NCBI RefSeq assembly: GCF_009914755.1 | Contig: NC_060940.1 | Source: the human T2T-CHM13v2.0 reference genome, Homo sapiens | Length of the DNA stretch: 64,000 nucleotides | Reading direction: 5' to 3' (one strand) | In this document: positions 44,432 to 60,526 of the stretch, in pieces | How positions within the stretch are numbered: the stretch's first letter is position 1 | Layout: each line of letters begins with the position of its first letter | Notes under the pieces: model-generated | What the model saw: only the letters and a program-made list of their open reading frames with translations | What the model was told of the DNA's origin: nothing | The model's database searches: none | Translations under genes and position numbers: made by a program

Positions 44432-47400
44432 TCAGTGATGTTTCCATTCAACTCCTTTCGATGATGATTCCATTCGACTCCATTCGATTATGATTTCATT
44501 CAATTCCATTCGATAATGATTCCCTTCAAGTCCATTCGATGATTCCATTCGATTCCATTCAACGATGATTTGATTCGTGTCCATTCGATGATTCCATTTG
44601 ATTCCATTTGATGATGATTCCATTCGAGTCCCTTTCATGATTCCATTCAATTCCATTCTCCGATGATTTCTTTTGAGCCCATTCAATGCTTCCACTCGAT
44701 TCCATATGATGATGACTCCATTTGATGAAATTCCGTGATGATTCCATTCGCTTGCATTCGATGATGATTCCACTTGAGTCCATTAGAAGATTCTATTCAA
44801 TTACATTCCATGACGATTCCGTTCGAGTCCATTTGATGATTCCATTAGACTCCATTCGACGATGATTCCATTCGATGTTATTCGATGATTCCATTCGATC
44901 TCATTCGATGATGATTCCATTCAACTCCATTCGATGTTTCCATTCGAGTTCATTCTATTATTCCATTAGATTCCATTCGATGATGATTCCATTCGATTCC
45001 ATTTGATGATTGCATTCTATTTCATTTGATGATGATTCCATTCGAGTCCACTCGATGATTCCATTCGAGTCCATTTAATGAATCCATTGGTTTCAATTCT
45101 ATGATGATTACATTGGATTACATTCGTTGATGACTTCATTCGGTTCCATTCAATGATGATTCCATTCAATTCCTTTCAATGTTTCCATTCAATTCCATAC
45201 GATGATGATTCCATTTGATTTGATTCGACAGTGAGCCATTCGATTCAATTCCATGATGATTCTATTTGATTCAATTGGTTGACATTTCCATTCGATTCCA
45301 TTCGATGATGATTCCCTTTGATTCCATTCAAAGATGATTCCATTCTAGCCCATTCAATCATTCCATTCGATTCTATTCAATGATGATTCCATTCATGTCG
45401 ATTTGGTGATTCCATTTGACTTCATTTGATGATGATTCCTTTCAAGTTCATTAGATGATTCCATTCGATTCCATTTGATGATGATCCCATTCGAGTCCAT
45501 TCAGTGATTCCACTCGTTTCCATTCCATGATGATTCCATTCCATTCCATTCAATGATTCCATTCGATTCCGTTTGATGATGATTTCATTCGAGTCCATTT
45601 GATGATTCCATTTGATTCCATTCCATGATGATTCCATTCGAGTCCATTCGATGATTCTATTCGAATCCATTTGATGATTTCTTTTGATTATAGTTGGTGA
45701 TGATTCCTTTGGAGTCCATTCAATGATTCCATTCGATTCCAATCGATGGTGATTCCATTAGAGTCCATTTAATGATTCCATTTGATTCCAGTCTCTGATG
45801 ATTACATTCGAGTCCATACGATGATTCCACTCAATTCCATATGATGATGATTCCATTCGATTCCATTCGATGATTCCATTCTATTCTATTCAATGGTGAT
45901 TCCATTCGAGTACATTAGATGATTCCATTCGATTCCATTCAATGATGATTCTATTTGTGTCCCTTAGATGATTCCACATGATTCCATTAGATGATGATAC
46001 TATTTGAGCCCATCCAATGATTCCCTTCAATTCCATTCGATGAGGATTCCATTCGATTCAATTCATTGGTGATTCTATTCAATTCAATTCTTTGATTCCA
46101 TTCCATTCCATTCGACAATGATTCCATTCGATTTCTTTCGATGATTCCACTCGATTCCACTTGACATTGATTCCCTTCGATTCCATTCAATGATTCCATT
46201 TGATTCCAGTGGATGATGATTGCCATCGATTCCATTCGATCACTCCATTCTATTCCATTTGATGATGATTACATTCGATTCCATTTGACGATTCCATCTG
46301 ATTCTATTCGAGGATTCCATTTGATTCCATTCGATGATGATTCCATTCGAGTCCATTCGATGATTTCATTCGAGTACATCCAATGATTCCATTCGAGTCC
46401 ATTTGATGATTCCATTTGATTCCATTTCATAATGATTCTACTAGAGTCCATTCAATGACTCCATTGGAGTCCATTCAACACTTCCATTCGACTCCATTTG
46501 ATGATTCCATTCGATTCCATTTGATGATTCCATTCGAGTCCATTTAATCATTACAGTCAAGTCCATTTGGTGATTCCACTGGATTTCTTTAGATAATGAT
46601 ACCATTCAATTACATTTGATGATGATCCCATTCAATTTCATTTGATGATGATTCCATTAGAGTCCATTCGATGATTTCTTTCGAGTCCCTTCATTGATTC
46701 CATCCGATTTCATTGGATGATGACTCCATTCGAGTCCATTCGATGATTCCACTCGATTCCATTAGATGATTCCATTGGAGTCCATTTGATTGTTCCATTC
46801 GATTCCATTCGATTCCTTTCGAAGATTATTCCATTTGAGTCCATTCGATGATGATTCCATTCCATTCCATTCGATGATTCCGTTTGATTCCATTCGATGA
46901 ATCCCTTCGATTCCTTTCTTTGATGATTCCATTCCATTCCATTCAATGATTCCATTCGAATCTATTCCGTGATGATTCCTTTCGATTCCATTCGCTGATG
47001 TTTCCTTTCAATTCCATTCGATGATGATTCCATTTGATTCCATTCATTGAGGATTCCATTTGATTCCATTCAATGATGTTTCCGTTCTATTCCATTCAAT
47101 GATTGCATTCAATTCCATTCAATGATTATCCCCTTAGAGTAAACTCAACGATTCCATTCAATACCATTCGATGATGATTCCTTTTGAGTCCATTCAATGA
47201 TTTCATTCAAGTCCATTTGATGATTCCTTTCAATTCCATTCTATGATGATTCCATTCGAGTCCATTCGATGATTCCATTCGATTGCATTCGATGATTCCA
47301 TTATATTCCAGTCAACGATGATTCCATTCGAGTCCATTCGATGATTCCATTAGAGTACATTTAATGATTGCTTTGTTTTCAATTCGAAGATGATTACATT

Positions 47401-50400
47401 CGATTCCATTCTATGATACCATTCGATTCCATTCAATGATGATTCCACTCAAATCCATTGGATGATTCCATTCGTGTCCATTCGGTGATTTCATTAGATT
47501 CCATTCGAGGATGATTCCATTCGATTCCATTCGATGATTCCATTCAATTCCATTCGATGATGATTCCATTCCAGTCCATATGATCATTCCATTTGATTTC
47601 ATTCGATGATGATTCCATTCGATTCCATTCGATGATTCCATTCTATTCCATTCGATGATGATTCCATTCGAGTCCATTCGATGATTCCATTCGAGTCCAT
47701 TTAATGATTCCATTGGGTTCAATTCAATGATGATTACATTGGATTCCGTTCTATGATTCCATTCAATTCCGTTCATTGACAATTTGATTCCATTCGATGA
47801 TGATTCCATTTGAGTTCATTCGATGATTCTATTCGATTCTCTTCGATGGTGATTCAATTCTATTATATTGGATGATTCCATTCGATTCCATTTGATGTTG
47901 ATTCAATTCGATTCTATTCGATGATGATTCCATTGGATTTCACTTGATGATTCTATTCGATTCCATTCAATGATGATTCACTTCTCGTCCATTGGATGAT
48001 TCCATTTCATTCCATTCGATGATGATTCCATTCGATTCCATTCGATGATTCCATTTGATTCCATGCGACGGTGAGCAATTCGATTCAATTCCATGATGAT
48101 TCTATTTGATTCAATTAGATGATGTTTCCATTCGAATCCATTCCACGATTATTCCATTGGAATCCATTTGGCGATGATTCCATATGAGTCAATTCAATGA
48201 TGATTCCATATGGGTCCGTTCGATGATAATTCCATTTGATTTCATTCAATGCTTCTATTCTATTCCAGTCGATGATGATTCCGTTGGAGTCCATACGATG
48301 ATTCCATTTGATTTCATTTGATGATGATTCCATTCGATGATGATTACATTGGATTCCATTCAATGATTCCATTCAATTCCATTCGTTGATGATTCGATTC
48401 CATTCAATGATGATTCCATTTGAGTTCATTCGATGATTCTATTCGATTCCGTTCGATGGGGATTCAATTCTCTTATATTGGATGATTCCACTCGATTCCA
48501 TTTGATGATTATTCCATTGGAGTCCACTTAGTGAATCCTTTAGATTCTACTCGAAGATGATTCCATTCGAGTCCATTCAATGATACCATTCAATTTCATT
48601 CGTTGATGCTTCCATTCAAGTGCATTCGATGATATCATTCGATTCCATTTGATGATAATTCCATTTGATTCCATGCGATGATTCTATTCGATTCCATTCA
48701 ATGATAATTCCATTCAATTCAGTGATTCCTCTGGACTCCATTTGATGATTATTCCATTCAATGATTCCATTCGATTCTATTCCAAAATGATTCCATTTGA
48801 ATCCATTTGATGATGATTCCATTAGATTCCATTTGATGATTCCATTCGATTCCATTTGACGATGATTCCATTCGATTCCATTTGATGATTCCATTCTATT
48901 CTATTCGATTATGATTCCATTCGATTCCATTTGATGATGATTGGATTCGATTCCATTTGATGATTTCATTTGATTCCATTCGTTAATGATTTCGATCAAC
49001 TCCATTCGATGATTCCATTTGATTCCATTCGATAATGATTACATCCGAGTCCATTCGATGATTCCATTTGAGCCCGTTCGATAATTCCATTTGAGTCTAA
49101 TCAATGATTCCATTCATTTCCATTCAATGATTCCATTCGAGTCCATTTGATCATTCTGGTAGGGTCCGTTCGATGTTGATTCCATTGGAGTGCATTCGAT
49201 GATTCCATTCGAGTCCATTTTATGATTTGATTCGAGTCCTTTCGATGATTCCATTCGATTCCACTCGATGATGATTTCATTCGAGTCCATTCGACACTTC
49301 CAATCGATTCCATTTGATGTTTCCATTCGAGTCCAATTGATGATTCCATTCAATTCCATTCGATGATGATTCCGTACGATTCCATTCTGTGATGATTCCA
49401 TGTGATTGCATTCAATGATGATTCCTTTCAATTGCATTCGATTATGATTCATTTCGTGTTCATTCTATGGTTCCACAGGTTTCCATTCGATGACGTTTCC
49501 GTTCGTGTCCATTCCATTATTCCATTCTATTTCATTTGATGATGATTCCATTCGATTCCATTCATTGGTGATTCCACTCAATTCCATTCAATGATTCCAT
49601 TCCATTTCTTTCAACAATGATTCCATTAGTTTCTATTCGATGATCCACTTGATTCCATTTGGCGATGATTCCATTCGTGTCCATTCGATGATTCCATTTG
49701 ATTCCATATGATGATGATTCCATTCGATTCCATACCATGATGATTCCATTCGAGTCCATTCAATGGTGATTCCATTCAATTCCATTCGATGATTCCTTCC
49801 GATTCCATTCGATGATGATGGCATTCGATTCCTTTCAATCATTCCCTTTGATTCCATTCAAAGGTGATTTCATTCAAGTCCATTCGATAATTGCATTCGA
49901 TTCCATTCTATGATGATTCCATTCGAGTCCATTTGATGATTCCATTCAATTCAAGTCAATGATGATTCCATTCGATTCCACTCGATGATTCCATTGGATT
50001 CCATTCGATGATGATTCCATTCAAATCCATTCGATAATTCAATTCAAGTCCATTCGATGATGATTCCAATCGAATCCATTCAAAGATTCCATTCAATTCC
50101 ATTCGATGATGATTCCCTTAGATTCCATTCGATGATTCCACTTGATTCCATTTACGATGATTCCATTCGATTCCATGTGATGAATCCATTCAATTCTATT
50201 CAATGATGTTTCCATTTGATTCCATTGGACCATGATTGCCTTTGATTCCATTCAATGATTCCATTCGGTTCCATTTGATGATGATTCCGTTCGATTCCAT
50301 TTCATTATTCCATTTGATTCCATTGGATGAGTCCATTCGATTACATTCGATGATTATTCCATTCGAGTGCATTAGATGATTGCATTCGAGTCCATTCGAT

Positions 50401-50562
50401 GATTCCATTCGATTCCATTCGATGTTGATTCTGTTCAAATCCATTCGATGATTCCACTCGATTCCATTCGATGACTCCATTTGATCCCATTCGATGATTT
50501 CCTGTGATTCCCTTTGATGATCATTCTATTTGATTCAATTCGGTGATTTCATTTCATTCCAT
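44432..50562 (+). repeat. Higher-order unit 8 (type B, 6131 bp)
   Basis: 6112+16+3=6131. ORF landmarks match unit 6 at +10623 before and +10186 after the 437-bp duplication. Confidence 0.9.
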
Positions 50563-53500
50563 TCAGTGATGTTTCCATTCGACTGTATTCGATGATGATT
50601 CCATTCGACTCCATTCGATTATGATTTCATTCAATTCCATTCAATAATGATTCCCTTCGAGTCCATTCGATGATTCCATTCGATTCCATTCAACGATGAT
50701 TTGATTCGTTTCCATTCGATGATTCCATTTGATTCCACTTGATGATGATTCCATTCGAGTCCATTTGATGATTCCATTCGAGTCTATTTATGTATTATAT
50801 TCGTGTCCACTTCATGATTCCATTCAATTCCATTTAATGTTGATTCCATTTGATTCCATTTGATGATTCAGTTCGATTCCTTGCAATGATTCCCTACGAT
50901 TCCTTTCTATGATGATTCCATTCGATTCCATTCATTGATGATTTCATTCGACTCCATTCGATGATGATTCCTTTCGATTCCATTTGACGATGTTTCCATT
51001 CGAGTCCATTCGATGATGATTCTATTCAATTCTGTTCTATTATGATTCCATTCGATTTCATTCAATGCTTCTATTTGATTCCATTCGATGATGATTCCAT
51101 CTCTTTCCCTTCGATGATTCCATTTGATTCCATTCAGTGATGATTCCATTTGATTCCATCTGATGATGATTTCACTTGATTCCTTTCAATGATGATTCAA
51201 TTCAAGTCCATTCGATGATTCCATTGGAGTCCAAACGATCATTCCGTTCGATTCCATTCAATGGTGATTCCATTCATGTCCATTCGATGAATCCATTCAA
51301 TTCCATTCGATGATGACTCCATTCGAGTACATTCGATGATTCCATTTGATTCCATTGGAAGATGATTCCATTCAATTCCATTCGAAGATGATTCCATTCA
51401 ATTCCATTCGATGATGATTCCGTATGAATCCATTCTCTGATTATTCCATTCGATTCCATTCATTGACGATTCCATTCAATTCCATTCAATGATGATTCTC
51501 TTCTATTCCATTCGATGATTCCGGTCGATTCCATTCGATGATGATTCCATTAGATTCCATTCGATTGTTGCATTCGATTCCCTTCGATGATGATTCCTTT
51601 GAATTCCATTCGATTATCATTCCGTATGAATCCATTTGATGATTATTCCATTGGATTCCTTTCGATGATGATTCCATTCGATTCCATTTGATGATGTTTC
51701 TCTTGTATTCCATTGGATAATTCCTTTCCGTTCCCTTCGATGATTATTCTTTCGAGTCAATTCGATGATTCTATTCCATTCCCTTCGATGATGATTCCAT
51801 TTCACTCCATTTGATGATTCCATTCGACTCAATTTGGTGATGATTCAATTCGATGACATTCGATGACTCCATTCAATTTCATTTGATGATGATTACATTC
51901 GAGTCCATTTGATGATTGTATTCCTTTCCTTTTGATGATTATTCCATTCGTGTCTATTCAAAGGTTCCATTCTATTCCATTCAATGATGATTGCATTTGA
52001 TTCCATTCAATGATTATGGCTATCGATTCCACTCGTTGATTCCATTTGATTCCGTTCGATGATTATTCCGTTAGATTCCATTAGAAGATTCCATTCGATT
52101 TTATTCAATGATTCCAATGGATTCCATTCAATGATGATTCCATTCGACTCCATTCAGTGATTCCATTCGAGTCCATTTGATGATTCTATTCTTTTCCATT
52201 TGATGATGATTCCATTAGGGTCCATTCAATGATTCCATTCGAGTCCATTCGTTAATGCCTTTCGAGTCCTTTTGATCACTACATTCGAGTCCATTCAATG
52301 ATTCTATTCGATTCCATTCCATGATGATTCCATTCGAGTTCATTCGATGATTGCATTTGAGTCCATTTGATGATTCCATATGATTCCATTCGACAATGAT
52401 TCCATTCGTGTCCATTTGATGATTCCATTCATTTCCTATCGATGAAGATTCCATTCAAGTGTATTCGATGATTCCATTCAAATCCATTCGATGATGATTC
52501 CATTCCAGTCCATTCGATCATTCCACTTGATTCCATTTGATGACTATTCCATTCAAATCCATTTGATGATTCCATTCGATTCCATTCGATGTTACCATTC
52601 GAGTATATACGATGATTCCACTCGATTCCATTTGATGATTATTCCATTGGAGTCCACTTAGTGAATCCTTTAGATTCTACTCGAAGATGATTCCATTCGA
52701 GTCCATTCGATGATACCATTCAATTCCATTCGTTGATGCTTCCATTCAAGTGCATTCGATGATATCATTCGATTCCATTTGATGATAATTCCATTTGATT
52801 CCATGCGATGATTCTATTCGATTCCATTCAATGATAATTCCATTCAATTCAGTGATTCCTCTGGACTCCATTTGATGATGATTCCATTCAATGATTCCAT
52901 TCGATTCTATTCGAAAATGATTCCATTTGAATCCATTTGATGATGATTCCATTGGATTCAATTTGATGATTCCATTCGATTCCATTCGATGATGATTCCA
53001 TTCGATTCCTTTTGATGAATCCATTCTATTGTATTCGATGATGATTCCATTCGATTCCATTCGATGATGATTGGATTCGATTCCATTTGATGATTTCATT
53101 TGATTCCATTCGATAATGATTTCGATCAATTTCATTCGATGATTCCATTCGATTCCATTCGATAATGATTACATCCGAGTCCATTCGATGATTCCATTTG
53201 AGCCCGTTCGATAATTCCATTTGAGTCCAATCAATGATTCCATTCATTTCCATTCAATGATTCCATTCGAGTCCATTTGATCATTCCGGTAGGGTCCGTT
53301 CGATGTTGATTCCATTGGAGTGCATTCGATGATTCCATTCGAGTCCATTTTAGGATTTGATTCGAGTCCTTTCGATGATTCCATTCGATTCCACTCGATG
53401 ATTTCATTCGAGTCCATTCGACACTTCCAATCGATTCCATTTGATGTTTCCATTCGATTCCAATTGATGATTCCATTCAATTCCATTCGATGATGATTCC

Positions 53501-54617
53501 GTACGATTCCATTCTGTGATGATTCCATGTGATTGCATTCAATGATGATTCCTTTCGATTGCATTCGATTATGATTCATTTCGTGTTCATTCTATGGTTC
53601 CACAGGTTTCCATTCGATGATGTTTCCATTCGTGTCCATTCCATTATTCCATTCTATTCCATTTGAAGATGATTCCATTCGATTCCATTCATTGGTGATT
53701 CCACTCAATTCCATTCAATGATTCCATTCCATTTCTTTCAACAATGATTCCATTAGTTTCTATTCGATGATCCACTTGATTCCATTTGACGATGATTCCA
53801 TTCGTGTCCATTCGATGATTCCATTTGATTCCATATGATGATGATTCCATTCGATTCCATACGATGATGATTCCATTCGAGTCCATTCAATGGTGATTCC
53901 ATTCAATTCCATTCGATGATTCCTTTCGATTCCATTCAATGATGATGGCATTCGATTCCTTTCGATCATTCCCTTTGATTCCATTCAAAGGTGATTTCAT
54001 TCAAGTGCATTCGATAATTGCATTCGATTCCATTCTATGATGATTCCATTCGAGTCCATTTGATGATTCCATTCAATTCAAGTCAATGATGATTCCATTC
54101 GATTCCACTCGATGATTCCATTGGATTCCATTCGATGATGATTCCATTCAAATCCATTCGATAATTCAATTCAAGTCCATTCGATGATGATTCCAATCGA
54201 ATCCATTCAAAGATTCCACTCAATTCCATTCGATGATGATTCCCTTAGATTCCATTCGATGATTCCACTTGATTCCATTTACGATGATTCCATTCGATTC
54301 CATGTGATGATTCCATTCAATTCTATTCAATGATGTTTCCACTTGATTCCATTCGAACATGATTGCCTTTGATTCCATTCAATGATTCCATACGGTTCCA
54401 TTTGATGATGATTCCATTCGAGTGCATTAGATGATTCCATTCGAGTCCATTCGATGATTCCATTCGATTCCATTCGATGTTGATTCTGTTCAAATCCATT
54501 CGATGATTCCACTCGATTCCATTCGATGACTCCATTTGATCCCATTCGATGATTTCCTTTGATTCCCTTTGATGATCATTCCATTTGATTCAATTCGGTG
54601 ATTTCATTTGATTCCAT
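50563..54617 (+). repeat. Higher-order unit 9 (type C, 4055 bp)
   Basis: All ORF landmarks of unit 7 recur with identical translation at +10186 (for example 40721/50907, 42029/52215, 44137/54323). Confidence 0.92.
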
Positions 54618-57600
54618 TCAGTGATGTTTCCATTCAACTCCTTTCGATGATGATTCCATTCGACTCCATTCGATTATGATTTCATTCAATTCCATTCGAT
54701 AATGATTCCCTTCAAGTCCATTCGATGATTCCATTCGATTCCATTCAACGATGATTTGATTCGTGTCCATTCGATGATTCCATTTGATTCCATTTGATGA
54801 TGATTCCATTCGAGTCCCTTTCATGATTCCATTCAATTCCATTCTCCGATGATTTCTTTTGAGCCCATTCAATGCTTCCACTCGATTCCATATGATGATG
54901 ACTCCATTTGATGAAATTCCGTGATGATTCCATTCGCTTGCATTCGATGATGATTCCACTTGAGTCCGTTAGAAGATTCTATTCAATTACATTCCATGAC
55001 GATTCTGTTCGAGTCCATTTGATGATTCCATTAGACTCCATTTGACGATGATTCCATTCGATGTTATTCGATGATGATTCCATTCAACTCCATTCGATGT
55101 TTCCATTCGAGTTCATTCTATTATTCCATTAGATTCCATTCGATGATGATTCCATTCGATTCCATTTGATGATTGCATTCTATTTCATTTGATGATGATT
55201 CCATTCGAGTCCATTCGATGATTCCATTCGAGTCCATTTAATGAATCCATTGGTTTCAATTCTATGATGATTACATTGGATTCCATTCGTTGATGATTTC
55301 ATTCGATTCCATTCAATGATGATTCCATTCAATTCCATTCAATGATTCCATTCAATTCCATACGATGATGATTCCATTTGATTTGATTCGACAGTGAGCC
55401 ATTCGATTCAATTCCATGATGATTCTATTTTATTCAATTGGTTGACATTTCCATTCGATTCCATTCGATGATGATTCCCTTTGATTCCATTCAAAGATGA
55501 TTCCATTCTAGCCCATTCAATCATTCCATTCGATTCTATTCAATGATGATTCCATTCATGTCGATTTGGTGATTCCATTTGACTTCATTTGATGATGATT
55601 CCTTTCAAGTTCATTAGATGATTCCATTCGATTCCATTTGATGATGATCCCATTCGAGTCCATTCAGTGATTCCACTCGTTTCCATTCCATGATGATTCC
55701 ATTCCATTCCATTCAATGATTCCATTCGATTCCGTTTGATGATGATTTCATTCGAGTCCATTTGATGATTCCATTTGATTCCATTCGATGATGATTACAT
55801 TCGAGTCCATACGATGATTCCACTCAATTCCATATGATGATGATTCCATTCGATTCCATTCGATGATTCCATTCTATTCTATTCAATGGCGATTCCATTC
55901 GAGTACATTAGATGATTCCATTCGATTCCATTCAATGATGATTCTATTTGTGTCCCTTAGATGGTTCCACATGATTCCATTTCATGATGATACTATTTGA
56001 GCCCATCCAATGATTCCCTTCGATTCCATTCGATGAGGATTCCATTCGATTCAATTCATTGGTGATTCTATTCAATTCAATTCTTTGATTCAATTCCATT
56101 CCATTCGACAATGATTCCATTCGATTTCTTTCGATGATTCCACTCGATTCCACTTGACATTGATTCCATTCGATTCCATTCAATGATTCCGTTTGATTCC
56201 AGTGGATGATGATTGCCATCGATTCCATTCGATCACTCCATTCTATTCCATTTGATGATGATTACATTCGATTCCATTTGATGATTCCATCTGATTCTAT
56301 TCGAGGATTCCATTTGATTCCATTCGATGATGATTCCATTCGAGTGCATTCGATGATTTCATTCGAGTACATCCAATGATTCCATTCGAGTCCATTTGAT
56401 GATTCCATTTAATTCCATTTGATTATGATTCTACTAGAGTCCATTCAATGACTCCATTCGAATCCATTCAACAATTCCATTCGAGGCCATTCGATGATTC
56501 CATTTCATGATTCCATTCGAGTCCATTTAATCATTACAGTCGAGTCCATTTGGTGATTCCACTGGATTTCTTTTGATAATGATACCATTCAATTACATTT
56601 GATGATGATCCCATCCAATTTCATTTGATGGTGATTCCATTAGAGTCCATTCGATGATTTCATTCGAGTCCCTTCATTGATTCCATCCGATTTCATTTGA
56701 TGATGACTCCATTCGAGTCCATTCGATGATTCCACTCGATTCCATTAGATGATTCCATTGGAGTCCATTTGATTGTTCCATTCGATTCTATTCGATTCCT
56801 TTCGAAGATTATTCCGTTTGAGTCCATTCGATGATGATTCCATTCCATTCCATTCGATGATTCCGTTTGATTCCATTCGATGATTCCCTTCGATTCCTTT
56901 CTTTGATGATTCCATTCCATTCCATTCAATGATTCCATTCGAATCTATTCCATGATGATTCCTTTCGATTCCATTCGCTGATGTTTCCGTTCAATTCCAT
57001 TCGATGATGATTCCATTCGATTCCATTCATTGAGGATTCCATTGGATTCCATTCAATGATGATTCCATTCTATTCCATTCAATGATTGCATTCAATTCCA
57101 TTCAATGATTATCCCCTTAGAGTAAACTCAATGATTCCATTCAATACCATTCGATGATGATTCCTTTTGAGTCCATTCAATGATTTCATTCAAGTCCATT
57201 TGATGATTCCTTTCAATTCCATTCTATGATGATTCCATTCGAGTCCATTCGATGATTCCATTCGATTGCATTCGATGATTCCATTATATTCCAGTCAACG
57301 ATGATTCCATTCGAGTCCATTCGATGATTCCATTAGAGTACATTTAATGATTGCTTTGTTTTCAATTCGAAGATGATTACATTGGATTCCATTCTATGAT
57401 ACCATTCGATTCCATTCAATGATGATTCCACTCAAATCCATTGGATGATTCCATTCGTGTCCATTCGGTGATTTCATTAGATTCCATTCGAGGATGATTC
57501 CATTCGATTCCATTCGATGATTCCATTCAATTCCATTCGATGATGATTCCATTCCAGTCCATATGATCATTCCATTTGATTTCATTCGATGATGATTCCA

Positions 57601-60526
57601 TTCGATTCCATTCGATGATTCCATTCTATTCCATTCGATGATGATTCCATTCGAGTCCATTCGATGATTCCATTCGAGTCCATTTAATGATTCCATTGGG
57701 TTCAATTCAATGATGATTACATTGGATTCCGTTCTATGATTCCATTCAATTCCGTTCATTGACAATTTGATTCCATTCGATGATGATTCCATTTGAGTTC
57801 ATTCGATGATTCTATTCGATTCTCTTCGATGGTGATTCAATTCTATTATATTGGATGATTCCATTCGATTCCATTTGATGTTGATTCAATTCGATTCTAT
57901 TCGATGATGATTCCATTGGATTTCACTTGATGATTCTATTCGATTCCATTCAATTATGATTCACTTCTCGTCCATTGGATGATTCCATTTCATTCCATTC
58001 GATGATGATTCCATTCGATTCCATTCGATGATTCCATTTGATTCCATGCGTCGGTGAGCAATTCGATTCAATTCCATGATGATTCTATTTGATTCAATTA
58101 GATGATGTTTCCATTCGAATCCATTCCATGATTATTCCATTGGAATCCATTCGGCGATGATTCCATATGAGTCAATTCAATGATGATTCCATATGGGTCC
58201 GTTCGATGATAATTCCATTTGATTTCATTCGGTGCTTCTATTCAATTCCAGTCGATGATGATTCCGTTGGAGTCCATACGATGATTCCATTTGATTTCAT
58301 TTGATGATGATTCCATTCGATGATGATTACATTGGATTCCATTCTATGATTCCATTCAATTCCATTCGTTGATGATTCGATTCCATTCAATGATGATTCC
58401 ATTTGAGTTCATTCGATGATTCTATTCGATTCCGTTCGATGGTGATTCAATTCTATTATATTGGATGATTCCACTCGATTCCATTTGATGATTATTCCAT
58501 TGGAGTCCACTTAGTGAATCCTTTAGATTTTACTCGAAGATGATTCCATTCGAGTCCATTCGATGATACCATTCAATTCCATTCGTTGATGCTTCCATTC
58601 AAGTGCATTCGATGATATCATTCGATTCCATTTGATGATAATTCCATTTGATTCCATGCGATGATTCTATTCGATTCCATTCAATGATAATTCCATTCAA
58701 TTCAGTGATTCCTCTGGACTCCATTTGATGATGATTCCATTCAATGATTCCATTCGATTCTATTCGAAAATGATTCCATTTGAATCCATTTGATGATGAT
58801 TCCATTAGATTCCATTTGATGATTCCATTCGATTCCATTTGACGATGATTCCATTCGATTCCATTTGATGATTCCATTCTATTCTATTCGATGATGATTC
58901 CATTCGATTCCATTCGATGATGATTGGATTCGATTCCATTTGATGATTTCATTTGATTCCATTCGTTAATGATTTCGATCAATTCCATTCGATGATTCCA
59001 TTCGATTCCATTCGATAATGATTACATCCGAGTCCATTTGGTGATTCCATTTGAGCCTGTTCGATAATTCCATTTGAGTCCAACCAATGATTCCATTCAT
59101 TTCCATTCAATGATTCCATTCGAGTCCATTTGATCATTCCGGAATTGTCCATTCGATGTTGATTCCATTGGAGTGCATTCGATGATTCCATTCGAGTCCA
59201 TTTTATGATTTGATTCGAGTCCTTTCGATGATTCCATTCGATTCCACTCGATGATGATTTCATTCGAGTCCATTCGACACTTCCAATCGATTCCACTTGA
59301 TGTTTCCATTCGAGTCCAATTGATGATTCCATTCAATTCCATTTGATGATGATTCCGTACGATTCCATTCTGTGATGATTCCATGTGATTGCATTCAATG
59401 ATGATTCCTTTCGATTGCATTCGATTATGATTCATTTCGTGTTCATTCTATGGTTCCACAGGTTTCCATTCGTGTCCATTCCATTATTCCATTCTATTCC
59501 ATTTGATGATGATTCCATTCGATTCCATTCATTGGTGATTCCACTCAATTCCATTCAATGATTCCATTCCATTTCTTTCAACAATGATTCCATTAGTTTC
59601 TAATCGATGATCCACTTGATTCCATTTGATGACGATTCCATTCTTGTCCATTCGATGATTCCATTTGATTCCATATGATGATGATTCCATTCGATTCCAT
59701 ACGATGATGATTCCATTCGAGTCCATTCAATGGTGATTCCATTCAATTCCATTCGATGATTCCTTTTGATTCCATTCGATGATGATGGCATTCGATTCCT
59801 TTCAATCATTCCCTTTGATTCCATTCAAAGGTGATTTCATTCAAGTCCATTCGATAATTGCATTCGATTCCATTCTATGATGATTCCATTCGAGTCCATT
59901 TGATGATTCCATTCAATTCAAGTCAATGATGATTCCATTCGATTCCATTCGATGATTCCATTGGATTCCATTCGATGATGATTCCATTCAAATCCATTCG
60001 ATAATTCAATTCAAGTCCATTCGATGATGATTAAAATCGAATCCATTCAAAGATTCCATTCAGTTCCATTCGATGATTCCCTTAGATTCCATTCAATGAT
60101 TCCACTTGATTCCATTTACGATGATTCCATTCGATTCCATGTGATGATTCCATTCAATTCTATTCAATGCTGTTTCCATTTGATTCCATTCGACCATGAT
60201 TGCCTTTGATTCCATTCAATGACTCCATTCGGTTCCTTTTGATGATGATTCCGTTCGATTCCATTTCATTATTCCATTTGATTCCATTGGATGAGTCCAT
60301 TCGATTACATTCGATGATTATTCCATTCGAGTGCATTAGATGATTCCATTCGAGTCCATTCGATGATTCCATTCGATTCCATTCGATGTTGATTCTGTTC
60401 AAATCCATTCGATGATTCCACTCGATTCCATTCGATGACTCCAGTTGATCCCATTCGATGATTTCCTTTGATTCCCTTTGATGATCATTCCATTTGATTC
60501 AATTCGGTGATTTCATTTGATTCCAT
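54618..60526 (+). repeat. Higher-order unit 10 (type A, 5909 bp)
   Basis: Same 23/170/10-bp deletions and private variants (CCGGAATTGTCC, GCGTCGGTGAGC, GAGGCCATTC) as unit 5 at +26718. Confidence 0.92.

Noticed and set aside
15129-60209. Plus-strand 61-aa ORF identical in four copies (15129, 21236, 33306, 60024)
   Set aside because: Its identity reflects recent repeat duplication. It is not called in the other units and has no coding features.
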